Below, piece after piece: positions 18,759 through 29,891 of a stretch of DNA of 64,000 nt. Made by a program: the position numbers and the translations under genes. Position 1 is the first letter of the stretch; each line of letters starts with the position of its first letter. The notes beneath the pieces were generated by a model that searched no databases, was not told where the DNA came from, and worked only from the letters and a program-made list of their open reading frames with translations. Origin of the DNA: an uncultured Acidobacteriota bacterium (lineage in GTDB: Bacteria; Acidobacteriota; Terriglobia; UBA7540); contig CAZKXX010000005.1 of NCBI GenBank assembly GCA_964556705.1, positions 197 through 64,196 of the forward strand. Direction: 5' to 3'.

Positions 18759-19697
18759 TTACCCTTCCTTGGCCGGCGCGGCGTCGAAGAGCGAGCCGGT
18801 CTCGCCCGGCGGCACGGGCAGCGGCTCGGCGGAAGCGATTTCCTGAAGCTGCGGGTAGTGCGCGAGCATCGTTTCCGGCACGCGCACGGGGCCGCCGCGC
18901 AGCAGGCTCACGAGTTGCAGCGCGTTGGCAATGGCTTGGCCGCGGAAGTGGTTGTTGGTGACGACGAACGTGACGCCGGCGCTTTCCGCCACTTTGCGGA
19001 TGCGCTCCGCCCAAGGCTCAAGTTCCTCCATCGAGTAGAGGTAGTTGTAGCGCTCCGCGCCGGTCTCCGTGGAACTGAACCACTGCTCGTAGTTCCGCCC
19101 ATGCAGGCGCACATAGCCCACGGGCGCGGTGGCGCGAGCTGTGGGAGCAAGAGACCTTCCGATGACCGGCTGGTCGATATTGCAGAACCCGACCCCCGAT
19201 TCCGCCAGCCACTCGAAAACCTCCGCGCGATTCCAGGAGGCGTGCCTGACTTCGATGACCAGCGGGTGTTCCATGAACATCATCATCAGCCCGCCCAGAT
19301 ACTCGCGATTCGCCTTCGTGTTCTTGAACGACCAGGGAAACTGCACGAGCAATGCGCCCAGCCGGCCCGCTTCGACCAGCGGGCGGATTCCTTCCTTGAA
19401 GATTTTTTCGTCCTCGCGGTTGGCGTTGCGGTCGTGCGTAAAGCGTTGCCAGAGTTTGGCCGTAAACTGGAACGCGGGGTTTTCGGCAACGCGCCGCGCC
19501 CAGGCGCGCGCCATCCGCGCTTCGGGCGGATGGTAAAACGTCGTATTGATTTCGATGGTGTCGAAGAACCGCGCGAGGTAAGCCGCCTCGTGGAAACCGC
19601 GGGGTTTGCGCGCGGGATAGACGATCCCTGCCCAGTCGTCGTACGACCAGCCGGCGGGGCCGACGCGAATTTCGCCGCGAGCGGGTTTGCGGCTCAT
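18759..19697 (-). CDS. DUF72 (YecE-like) family protein
   Basis: It has IRVGPAGWSYDDWAGIVYP, FDTIEINTTFYHPP and VQFPWSF. Confidence 0.7.
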   Translation of the reverse strand: MSRKPARGEIRVGPAGWSYDDWAGIVYPARKPRGFHEAAYLARFFDTIEINTTFYHPPEARMARAWARRVAENPAFQFTAKLWQRFTHDRNANREDEKIFKEGIRPLVEAGRLGALLVQFPWSFKNTKANREYLGGLMMMFMEHPLVIEVRHASWNRAEVFEWLAESGVGFCNIDQPVIGRSLAPTARATAPVGYVRLHGRNYEQWFSSTETGAERYNYLYSMEELEPWAERIRKVAESAGVTFVVTNNHFRGQAIANALQLVSLLRGGPVRVPETMLAHYPQLQEIASAEPLPVPPGETGSLFDAAPAKEG

Positions 19698-19894
19698 CTT
19701 CGCCTTTTATTCGCCCCTCAAGAATATTCCGGAACGCCCTCAGTGTCAAGCCGCGAGCCGGGAATTGCAACCGGAAACGGCGGCGCGGGCCGGAAGCCTT
19801 CTCGAGCGCCGCGCAAGCCCGTCGTGACGGCGCGCGCCATTCTGGGATAGAATCCCCGGCTGGTCTTTATCCCTTCATACTCGGCAGGTGACGA

Positions 19895-20416
19895 ATGACG
19901 GAATGGAGCGCCCCTCTGAAGATCCGGCCGGCCCGCCCGGACGACGCGAAGGAAATCGCGCGCATTTACAACCAGGGCGTGCAGGACCGCGCCGCGACCT
20001 TTGAGAACGCCTTCGTCACGCCGGAAGAGCGGTACCTGTGGATCGTGGCCCGGCCGGAGAAATTTCCCGTGCTCGTCGCCGAGGTAAAGCACACGATGAT
20101 GGGCTGGGCGTCGCTCACGCCCTACAGCCCGCGCGCCTGCTACAGCGGCATCGCGGAGCTTTCCATCTACATCGACCGCAGCCTGCGCGGCCACGGCGTG
20201 GGCCAGGATCTGATGAAGGCCATGCAGGAGGCGGCGCGCGAACGCGGGTTCTACAAAATCGTGGGGCGCGTCATGGCGGATAACGAGCCGGCGCGCAAAC
20301 TCTGCCAGCTGATGGGCTGGCGCGAAGTGGGCGTGCACGCCAAACACGGCAAACTCGGCAACGCGTGGCACGATCTGGTGCTGGTGGAGTTTCTGATTCC
20401 CGAGAACCTGAAGTAG
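19895..20416 (+). CDS. GNAT N-acetyltransferase (phosphinothricin acetyltransferase-like)
   Basis: It has IRPARPDDAKEIARIYNQGVQDRAATFE and the acetyl-CoA loop RGHGVGQDLMKA. Confidence 0.75.
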   Translation: MTEWSAPLKIRPARPDDAKEIARIYNQGVQDRAATFENAFVTPEERYLWIVARPEKFPVLVAEVKHTMMGWASLTPYSPRACYSGIAELSIYIDRSLRGHGVGQDLMKAMQEAARERGFYKIVGRVMADNEPARKLCQLMGWREVGVHAKHGKLGNAWHDLVLVEFLIPENLK

Positions 20417-20442
20417 AAAAGCTCAGTGGACGGTCACGGCCC

Positions 20443-21453
20443 ATGCGACGGCGGAGCTTCGCGATCCGGATTCTTCTCGCCCTGGCGGGCGGCGCGCTGC
20501 TTCCGACGGCCCTCCTCGCCGAAGACACCGACGAACGCGAACGGACGCTCTTGTTTGCCGGCGACATCATGCTCTCGCGCGGCGTGGGCGCGCGCATGGC
20601 GGCAAAGGACGACTGGACGTTCCCCTTCCACAAAGTGGCGGAGACGCTGCGCGCCGCCGACCTGACGTTCGGTAATCTCGAGTGTCCCGTCTCCGACGCG
20701 GGCCGCGAGCGCGGGCACCTCTATTCTTTCCGCGCCGACCCGCGCGCGCTCGAAGGGCTCACCTTCGCCGGCTTCGACGTCGTCTCGCTGGCCAACAACC
20801 ACGCCTATGACTGGGGTCCGGACGCGCTGCTCGATTCCATCCAGCGGCTGGAAGATGCGGGCCTCCGCGTGGTCGGCGCGGGCGCGAGCGACCGGGCGGC
20901 CCATTACCCGGTCATCGTGGATCTCGACGGAGTCCGCATCGCGTTTCTCGCCTACGTCAACATCGAGCCGAAGGCGGCGGCCGCCGGACCGGAAAAGCCC
21001 GGCGTCGCCTGGCTCGATCCCGACCGCGTGCTCGCCGACATCCGCTTCGCGCGGCCGCTCGCTCACATCGTGGTGGTCTCGCCGCACTGGGGCGTCGAGT
21101 ACTCGCCCAAGCCCCAACGCGCGCAGGTGGAACTCGCTCGGCAGTGGATTGATGCCGGCGCCGACCTCGTCGTCGGCCACCATCCGCACGTCGTTCAGCC
21201 CATCGAAGAATACGGGGGCGGATGGATCGCCTACAGCCTCGGCAATTTCGTCTTCGACCAGGCGCCGCCCGCCACGCGCCGCGGGCTGCTGCTTCGGGTC
21301 ACCTTGCGCGGCAAGCGGATTGCCGAGGTGACGCCGATTAAGACCGTCATCGAACCAACATTCCAGGCGGCCATCCCCGATCTGAAAGCGCCCGTGGCTG
21401 AAACGGCTCGTCAAAGCGGAAAAGAACGACCGGCTTCCGCGCGGGGAGAGTGA
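20443..21453 (+). CDS. CapA family metallophosphatase-like protein, secreted
   Basis: The ATG at 20443 gives MRRRSFAIRILLALAGGALLPTALLA. It then has FAGDIMLSR, GNLECP, SLANNHAYDWG, SPHWGVEY and GHHPHV. Confidence 0.8.
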   Translation: MRRRSFAIRILLALAGGALLPTALLAEDTDERERTLLFAGDIMLSRGVGARMAAKDDWTFPFHKVAETLRAADLTFGNLECPVSDAGRERGHLYSFRADPRALEGLTFAGFDVVSLANNHAYDWGPDALLDSIQRLEDAGLRVVGAGASDRAAHYPVIVDLDGVRIAFLAYVNIEPKAAAAGPEKPGVAWLDPDRVLADIRFARPLAHIVVVSPHWGVEYSPKPQRAQVELARQWIDAGADLVVGHHPHVVQPIEEYGGGWIAYSLGNFVFDQAPPATRRGLLLRVTLRGKRIAEVTPIKTVIEPTFQAAIPDLKAPVAETARQSGKERPASARGE

Positions 21454-21627
21454 CGCCGCCGCCCGGCGGAGGGTTTTGCTTTTCCCGGACGGAATCCTGT
21501 CACACGCCGCGGGCGAGCGAATCACGCCCCCACATTGCGTTGGGTTTATTGCCACGACAGCACTATAATGATGAACGCGTTTCCCTGAAGTCGGGGGTCG
21601 GGTCGGGACCCATCCTCAGGAGAACTC

Positions 21628-23151
21628 ATGATGAAGAACTCGCGACGTTGGCCCTCCCTGCTTGGCGTGTTGCTGCTGGCCGGCCCAATCCTCGCCTCGT
21701 GCGGAAACGGCGGCGCCCCGGTTGAGGACCCGTTCGGGTCGCTCACGGGCAGCACGTTCGTATTCATCGGCGACGCGCCGCCCGCCGGTTCCAGCATCCT
21801 GAAGTTCGAAATCACCGTCACGGGGGCGGTGCTCTGCCCGCAGGTTTCCGGCAGCCAGTGCCAGGGCTCGCCGCAGGTGCAACTGCTCACGGAAGCCGTG
21901 GAGATTGAACTCCATCAACTGGAACTCGAGTCGGCGTTTCTGGCCCTGCGCTCGGCTCCCCTCGGGACGTACGCGGGCGTGCAACTGACCTTCGCGAATC
22001 CCGAGCTAAAGCTCCTTCAGTCCGACGGGACGGTGGTCGAACTGGAAGGCACGGGCCTGCCGCTCAATCCAACGACGGTCGTCGTGAGCTTCTCGCAGCC
22101 TCTCAACATCCAGGCCAACGAACACCGCGGTTTCCTGATTGACTTCAACGTTCGCGACTCGATTCAATCGTCGGGCGCCAGTGTGACCGGGGTTGCTCCC
22201 GTTGTCAGCCTGGTCGAACTTCCCGTTGTAACCGGCCAGGCGATTCATGAGTTGGAGGACACCAAGGGGACCGTTTCCAACCTGGCGAAGACCTGCCCGA
22301 CGGGAACCTTTACGCTCACGGACTCGCTGACGGGGCTGCCCATCACGAATATTCGCTTCGATGCGACGACGGAATTTGATGACGATCTCACCTGCGAGAC
22401 GTTCGCGAACGGTCAGGTGGTTGAAGCGGAAATCGAGTTCCGCTCGCCGGGCCAGCAGGCCGTCGAGTTTTTCGCCAAAGAAATTGAACTCGTGAATCCC
22501 GGCGATGAGGACGAACTGGAAGGTCTTGTCTTCGCCGTGAATTCGGCTTCGGAGTTCGTTCTTCTCGTCCAGAACGAGCACAACGTGCCGAATCTCTCAG
22601 GCGGAAATTTCGTGACGGTGACGCTGGACCCCGAGGGCGTGGAGTTCCGGATTGACATGGACGACCTGCCCGTCGAGTCGGTGGACTTCGACGCGGGCGG
22701 CGACCTCATTGTCGGCCAGCGCCTGGAGGTCAAGATCCTCGATGGAACGCTCGAGATTGCGACGGGCGGTTGCGGGACCGTGGACGCCGGCTGCGCGGCG
22801 ATGACGCGCCGACTGAAGCTGAAGAAGTCCACCCTCACGGGCCGCGTCGCGTTCGTCGCCGCACCGGACTTCACGCTGGACCAGCTTCCCAGCCTCTTCG
22901 GACACGCCAGCCTCTTCCGTCCCATCACCGCCGACTGCCAGGCCTGCTTCGTAGATTCCATTCAGGTCGCGACGTCAGACCAGACGCAATTTGAGGGCGG
23001 CCTGACCGACGTCAACACGATGCCGATCAACGTCACGGTGACCGTGCGCGGCCTGCTGGTGAGGGGGCAGTTTGCAGGGCCGGGCCCGATGAGCACGTTC
23101 CCGCCTCGGTTCATTGCGCGTAAAGTCCGGCAGCGCACGCCTTCGCCCTGA
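21628..23151 (+). CDS. lipoprotein, DUF4382-like
   Basis: It has a lipobox (LLAGPILASCG), an AGGAG RBS and beta-rich repeats. The family assignment is from memory only. Confidence 0.55.
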   Translation: MMKNSRRWPSLLGVLLLAGPILASCGNGGAPVEDPFGSLTGSTFVFIGDAPPAGSSILKFEITVTGAVLCPQVSGSQCQGSPQVQLLTEAVEIELHQLELESAFLALRSAPLGTYAGVQLTFANPELKLLQSDGTVVELEGTGLPLNPTTVVVSFSQPLNIQANEHRGFLIDFNVRDSIQSSGASVTGVAPVVSLVELPVVTGQAIHELEDTKGTVSNLAKTCPTGTFTLTDSLTGLPITNIRFDATTEFDDDLTCETFANGQVVEAEIEFRSPGQQAVEFFAKEIELVNPGDEDELEGLVFAVNSASEFVLLVQNEHNVPNLSGGNFVTVTLDPEGVEFRIDMDDLPVESVDFDAGGDLIVGQRLEVKILDGTLEIATGGCGTVDAGCAAMTRRLKLKKSTLTGRVAFVAAPDFTLDQLPSLFGHASLFRPITADCQACFVDSIQVATSDQTQFEGGLTDVNTMPINVTVTVRGLLVRGQFAGPGPMSTFPPRFIARKVRQRTPSP

Positions 23152-23299
23152 AGAAACCACGGCGTCCACCGGACGAAGCTTCAACTCGCGGCCGCGTCCT
23201 GACGCGATTCGAGCCGGCAAGCGAAAATGCCAAGGGGGCGCAACGTCGCCTGACGTTGCGCCCCCGACTCTTTCGGAGTCTTTCCGCAGACACTTTAAC

Positions 23300-24718
<1,419 letters not shown>

Positions 24719-24911
24719 TGCCCCCTCCGAAAGTTTTTCGCCCCTGCTTTTCAATTACCACAGCGGGCCGCGCCGCGTCCAGACACCTCGGGTGGCGCAG
24801 GTCTGTCTTTGGGCCCGCGGCTCTTCGCGCCGAAGGTCTCACGGCAGGCCCTCACCGCGAATGGTTGCTTTGACATGCAATCCAAAACCCCGGCGATGGG
24901 ACCGAACCGCG

Positions 24912-26993
24912 TTACGGCGTGTCGCTCAATTCCTCCAGCAATTCCTTTGCCTGGTAAACACTTCGCAGGGCCTCGCGGATGCCTTCCGAATGGACGGAGA
25001 TCGCGCGTGGAAGCTCTTCGCGGTAGAGGAACCGGTTGGGCAACTGGTGGATGTTGCCGTCGAAAATCAGTCCCACCACTTCGCCCGACGCGTTGACGAC
25101 GGGGCTGCCGGAATTGCCGCCGATGATGTCGTTGGTGGAAACGAAGTTGAACGGCGTTTTGAGCTTCAGCGCCGATTTGCGTTCGACAAAACTCTTCGGC
25201 AACCGGTATGGGGACCTGCCCGTGGCGCGCTTGTAGAGGCCGCGGAAATCGGTGGCCCAGGGGATCTTCTCCTTGTTTTCCACGTAGCCGCGGACCGCGC
25301 CGTAGCTGAGACGCAGCGTGAAGGTGGCTTCCGGCGCGACGCTGCGTCCGCGCGCGGCGAAGAGGGCTTTGGCCACGAGCGTTCCCTGCGTCTGCTCGAC
25401 GCTTTCGATTTCGTCTTCGTAGCGTTTCAGCAGCGCGCGCGCGTCGGCATCCACTTCGCGCGCGAAAACAATCATCGGGTCCTGAGAATTCTGGATGGCT
25501 TCGAGCCCCCCCGCGGCGAGCCGTTTGCGCTCCGCCACGTCCTGGAGCTTCGTGCCGCGCACCAGTTCTTCCGCCCGCTGCGCGGGAGTCTTGCCGGCGA
25601 GCAGCTTGCGCGCCAGCGGGTTCGCGCCGCCCAGCTCTTCCTGAAGGACGGCGAGCCCGTGCGTGAAGTTGGCGATTTCGAGCGAATCGTAGAGGGGGGC
25701 AGTGGAATAAAGCTGGAGTTCGAGCGAAGGCAGCGCGGACTCGCGATAGGGCGGCAGGCGCTGCTCGTTCGCCTTGGTCTTCTCCTCCGCCAGACGCACC
25801 AGATGGCGGGCGTGGGTGAACAGCTTCGAGGCTTTCAGCCCGACACCCGAAAATTCCACGAAGTACCAGGGCGCGAAGAAGGCGCGGAAGGATTGCTGCG
25901 CGCGAGCCAGCGCGTCCCAGGCGCCGCCGTACTGCCGCTGCCATTCGGGATTCGCCGCCACCCTGGCCCTCAGGTCTTCTTCATCCTTTCGCTTCGCCGC
26001 CATCAGTTGCGGGTCGAGCAGGCCGGACTGGTATCCTTTGATCGCCTTGAGCGAATTTTCGACGGAAAACAAATCGTCGGAGGCGACGCGGGCTTCTTCC
26101 TCGCCGCGCGCGCTGAATTCCGCCAAAGCCTTCCGCCAGCGCTCGAGCGCGCGCAGGATCGTCGGGTAGCGGACGTCGCGCAGAAATTCGAGCTGGGAGA
26201 GCGTCAGCAGCCGGCCCGTCGAGCCCGGATGGCCGGAGACGAACACGAGGTCGCCCTCGCGCGCGCCGTTCGGGCTCCAGCGCAGGAACTGCTCGGTCCG
26301 TGCCGGCTGGCCGTTTTCGTAGGCGCGGAAAAACGCCACGTCGAGACAGTAACGCGGGAACGTGAAGTTGTCCGGATCGCCCCCGAAGAAGGCGATATCT
26401 TCCTCCGGCGCGAAGACCAGCCGCACGTCGGTAAACTTCTTGTAGCGATAGACGTTGAAGAGTTCTCCGGCGTAGAGCGTCACCACGTCGCAGCGAAGTC
26501 CGGTCCGGTCGGCGCATTCCTTTTCGATGCGCGCCGTCTGCTCGCGCTGGGCGCGGGCGCGCTCGGCGTCCGACATTTCGGGCTTCAGCGTGGCGTTGAC
26601 CTGTTCGGTGACGTCGTCCAGGCTGACGAGCACGTTCAGCTCGAAATCCGGGCAGGGTTTTTCCTCGGCGTGCGTGCGGGCGTAAAACCCGTTGGCGATG
26701 TAGTTGTTTTCCGCGGTGCTCAGCGCCTGAATGCACTCACGGCCCACGTGATGGTTCGTCATCGCCAGGCCCTGCGGCGAAACGAACGAGCCCGAGCCGC
26801 CGTTGTTGAAGCGCACGGAAGCCAGGCGCAGCCGGTCGAGCCATTCCTCGGTGGGGTCGAACTTGTAGCGCTGCTTTACCTGCTCGACGGGAAATTCGTT
26901 GAACAGCCACATGCCCTCTTCGGCCGGCGCCGAAAGCGGCAGCGCCGCGAACGCCAGCGCAAGAGTCAGGGAACGAATGAGAGCTTTGACCAT
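24912..26993 (-). CDS. S46 family dipeptidyl-peptidase (DPP7/DPP11-like)
   Basis: The ATG at 26993 gives a signal peptide followed by AEEGMWLFNEFP, the family hallmark. It also has TNHHVG, and GGNSGSPVV carries the catalytic Ser. Confidence 0.85.
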   Translation of the reverse strand: MVKALIRSLTLALAFAALPLSAPAEEGMWLFNEFPVEQVKQRYKFDPTEEWLDRLRLASVRFNNGGSGSFVSPQGLAMTNHHVGRECIQALSTAENNYIANGFYARTHAEEKPCPDFELNVLVSLDDVTEQVNATLKPEMSDAERARAQREQTARIEKECADRTGLRCDVVTLYAGELFNVYRYKKFTDVRLVFAPEEDIAFFGGDPDNFTFPRYCLDVAFFRAYENGQPARTEQFLRWSPNGAREGDLVFVSGHPGSTGRLLTLSQLEFLRDVRYPTILRALERWRKALAEFSARGEEEARVASDDLFSVENSLKAIKGYQSGLLDPQLMAAKRKDEEDLRARVAANPEWQRQYGGAWDALARAQQSFRAFFAPWYFVEFSGVGLKASKLFTHARHLVRLAEEKTKANEQRLPPYRESALPSLELQLYSTAPLYDSLEIANFTHGLAVLQEELGGANPLARKLLAGKTPAQRAEELVRGTKLQDVAERKRLAAGGLEAIQNSQDPMIVFAREVDADARALLKRYEDEIESVEQTQGTLVAKALFAARGRSVAPEATFTLRLSYGAVRGYVENKEKIPWATDFRGLYKRATGRSPYRLPKSFVERKSALKLKTPFNFVSTNDIIGGNSGSPVVNASGEVVGLIFDGNIHQLPNRFLYREELPRAISVHSEGIREALRSVYQAKELLEELSDTP

Positions 26994-27148
26994 CGAATAT
27001 CTCCGGAATGAAGAATTGCGGCGAGCCTGATTGCGGCAGGGCATCTGCCTCCCTGCTCCGCTTGAGCAGGCAGAGCTGCGAAAAACGGAAAAACCATTCT
27101 CGCACCCTGGCGCGGTAAAGACAACACGCCACGCGCGAAGGCCGGCAT

Positions 27149-27177
27149 TTGACTTCGCCCGCCGTCCCACCTAGACT
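27149..27177 (+). promoter_or_regulatory. sigma70-like promoter TTGACT-N17-TAGACT upstream of the cyclase gene
   Basis: The hexamers lie at 27149-27154 and 27172-27177 with an exact 17-nt spacer. The site is about 70 nt upstream of the ATG at 27250. Confidence 0.35.
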
Positions 27178-27249
27178 CACGTTGAATCAAGCGGCTCCGA
27201 GCGCAGCGTTCCCGCCCGCCAGCGCGGGGAATGCGCGCGGGTTTGACTC

Positions 27250-29331
27250 ATGCCCAAAACGGTGACCGGCGGCAAGAAAGCGACGAAAGCGCCAGCGCCC
27301 CCGACCGCCAGCGTCGGGGCGGGAACGCACGCGGCCCTCTTCGAGGTGATGTGTTCGCTCGCCGCCGAGCGCGATCTGAACACGCTGCTCCAGAAAATCA
27401 TGGAGAAGACTTCGGCGGTCATGGACGCCGACCGCTCGACGTTGTTCGTGGTGGACGAAGTGCGCGGCGAACTGTGGTCGAAGGTGGCGCAGGGCGCGGC
27501 GATGAGCGAAATCCGCGTGCCGCTGGGAAGCGGCATCGCCGGCCACGTGGCCGCGACGGGCGAGACGGTGAACATCCAGGACGCCTACCAGGACCCGCGC
27601 TTCAACCCCGAAGTGGACCGCCGCACCGGCTACCGCACGCGCACGATCCTCTGCATGCCCATGCGGCGGCGGGACAGCAAAATCCTCGGCGTCATCCAAG
27701 TGCTCAACAAGCGCCGTGGCACATTTACGCCCGAGGACGAAGCGATGCTGGAAGCTTTCGCCAGCGGCGCCGCCATCGCCATCCGCAATGCGATGCTGAA
27801 CGAGGAACTCGCCAAGCGCATGCGCACTTCCGAAGTGCTGCTGAACGTGATGCGCGCCGTCAGTTCGGAACTCGAAATCGACCAGCTCCTTCAGAAGATC
27901 GTGACGACGACTTCGGAAGTGATGAACGCCGACCGCTGCACGCTCTTTCTGGTGCACCGCAAGTCGGGCGAACTGTGGTCGCGCGTGGCGCAGGGAACGG
28001 CGATGAACGAAATCCGCGTGCCGCGCGGCATGGGCATCGCCGGCCACGTGGCCGTGACCGGCGAGACGGTGAACATCCGCGACGCCTATCAGGACCCGCG
28101 TTTCAATCCGGAGGTAGACCGCCGCACCGGCTACCGGACGAAGACCATCCTCTGCATGCCGCTCAAGAACGACCAGGGCGAAATCATCGGCGTGATGCAG
28201 GTGCTGAACAAGAAAGACGGTGTGTTCACCGACGAGGACGAGCGGATGCTGGGGGCGCTGGGCTCGCAGACGGCCATCGCGCTCGAAAACTCCCGCCTGT
28301 TCGAAGAAGTCCGTTTCATGAAGAACTACAACGACAGCATCCTGCGGACGATGGCCACGGGCGTGGTGACGCTCGACCCGGACGGCAGGGTGGCCTTCGC
28401 CAACGCCGCCGGACTGCGGATTTTTTCGCGGGCGGAAAGCTACGAACCCGGCCGGCCCTTCGCCGAGCTCTTCCACGGCGAGGACAACCCGGCGCTCGTG
28501 GCGGGCGTTGAACAGGGGCTGCGCGGCGAGGCGTTCACCGCCTATGAGTTTCAGTACCACAAGGGCGACGACGAGATCCTGAACGTTAATCTCCACGTGC
28601 TGCCGCTGCGCCACGCCGAGAAGAACCGCTCGCTGGGGGTGGTCGTCATCGCCGAGGACATCACCCAGGAGCAGCGTCTGATGGGGACGCTCTGCCGCTA
28701 CATGACGCGCTCGCTGGCCGAACAGATCCTGAAAGACCGCGACAAGCTGAAGCTGGGCGGCAACCGCTCCGTGGTGGCTGTGCTCTTTTCCGATATCCGC
28801 GACTTCACGACGATTTCCGAAAACTCCACGGCCGAAGAAGTCGTGGCCTTGCTGAACGAGTATTTCTCGCGGATGATCGACCCCATCTTCGAGTACGAGG
28901 GAACGCTCGACAAATACATCGGCGACGCGATTATGGCGGTCTTCGGCGCGCCCGTGAACCGCGTGGACGACGGGCTGCGCGCCGTGCGGGCGGCCCTCGA
29001 AATGCGCCGCGCGCTGCGCCGCTTCAACCAGGACCGAACGGCCCGCGGCTTGCCGCCCATCGGCAACGGGATCGGCATCACCAAGGGCGAGGCCATTTCC
29101 GGCAACATCGGCTCGGAAGTGCGCATGGACTACACCGTGATCGGAGACACGGTCAACATCGCCGCGCGCCTCGAAGGGCTGACAAAGAACTACGAGTTCA
29201 AGATCCTCGTCAACGAGGAAATTTACCGGGAAATCAAAGGCGAGATCGATTGCGTGGACCTGGGATACGCCAAAGTTAAGGGCAAGGAAGGCGACGTTCA
29301 CATCTTCGGCATTCCGGACCCGCCTGAATAG
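27250..29331 (+). CDS. GAF-GAF-PAS class III adenylate cyclase (CyaB1-like architecture)
   Basis: Two GAF domains are followed by a PAS-like segment and a cyclase homology domain (VAVLFSDIRDFT, LDKYIGDAIMAVFGAP, DYTVIGDTVNIAARLE). The Lys (DKYIGD) and Asp (DYTVIGD) fit the adenine-specifying positions. Confidence 0.85.
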   Translation: MPKTVTGGKKATKAPAPPTASVGAGTHAALFEVMCSLAAERDLNTLLQKIMEKTSAVMDADRSTLFVVDEVRGELWSKVAQGAAMSEIRVPLGSGIAGHVAATGETVNIQDAYQDPRFNPEVDRRTGYRTRTILCMPMRRRDSKILGVIQVLNKRRGTFTPEDEAMLEAFASGAAIAIRNAMLNEELAKRMRTSEVLLNVMRAVSSELEIDQLLQKIVTTTSEVMNADRCTLFLVHRKSGELWSRVAQGTAMNEIRVPRGMGIAGHVAVTGETVNIRDAYQDPRFNPEVDRRTGYRTKTILCMPLKNDQGEIIGVMQVLNKKDGVFTDEDERMLGALGSQTAIALENSRLFEEVRFMKNYNDSILRTMATGVVTLDPDGRVAFANAAGLRIFSRAESYEPGRPFAELFHGEDNPALVAGVEQGLRGEAFTAYEFQYHKGDDEILNVNLHVLPLRHAEKNRSLGVVVIAEDITQEQRLMGTLCRYMTRSLAEQILKDRDKLKLGGNRSVVAVLFSDIRDFTTISENSTAEEVVALLNEYFSRMIDPIFEYEGTLDKYIGDAIMAVFGAPVNRVDDGLRAVRAALEMRRALRRFNQDRTARGLPPIGNGIGITKGEAISGNIGSEVRMDYTVIGDTVNIAARLEGLTKNYEFKILVNEEIYREIKGEIDCVDLGYAKVKGKEGDVHIFGIPDPPE
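27469..28160 (+). repeat. intragenic direct repeat: about 190 nt of GAF-A (27469-27659) repeated in GAF-B (27970-28160), offset 501 nt
   Basis: One example is ggcatcgccggccacgtggcc...ggcgagacggtgaacatcc...gaccgccgcaccggctaccg...atcctctgcatgcc in both copies. By eye this core is about 85-90% identical at the nucleotide level. Confidence 0.8.
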
Positions 29332-29536
29332 CTTCCCCGTCGCTTCAAATCTGGCGGCATCCGGCCAGGCCGCGCTGCCTCTTTTTGGCCAGGGGTCGGC
29401 CAGAATTGCACCACCCGGAATTCGACCGCCGAGCGAGTCTTCAGTGAGGCGTCCTGAATCCAATCACTTGGGAGCGGCAGAAAATACTCTGCAATGGAAG
29501 CGGACGTGCTCGTTCTCAGAGTGGAGGAGGGCGGCC

Positions 29537-29782
29537 ATGCGATACGCGGTCTCGCCGGGTGGTTTGCTGGTTCACGCTCGCGATGATTGGCCTTGCGCGG
29601 TCTGCCGGCCGGACGGCACGGCGGAACGCCGCGGCCTTCTCCTCTGCACGCGTTGCGCCCAGGGAATGATCCTCGCCGTCGAGGCGGGCGTGGAAGGGCC
29701 GCGGGCGCTGCTCGACGAACTGACGGACGCCCTGGTGTTGCTCGAGGGCGGCGAGTCCATGGCACAACCCTCGCTGGACTGA
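29537..29782 (+). CDS. small 4-Cys zinc-ribbon protein (81 aa), hypothetical
   Basis: The ATG at 29537 follows GGAGGAGG and gives MRYAVSPGG...WPCAVC-x13-CTRC.... GC3 is high. Confidence 0.45.
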   Translation: MRYAVSPGGLLVHARDDWPCAVCRPDGTAERRGLLLCTRCAQGMILAVEAGVEGPRALLDELTDALVLLEGGESMAQPSLD

Positions 29783-29891
29783 TCCTCTGCGCCCCTTGCG
29801 GATCAAGTTTACCCCAAGGTTAGCCCCTCATCGGGCAAGCATTTTTTTCTGGAATCAGCCTGCCTTCGGCGCTAAACTCTTCGTCCGGACG

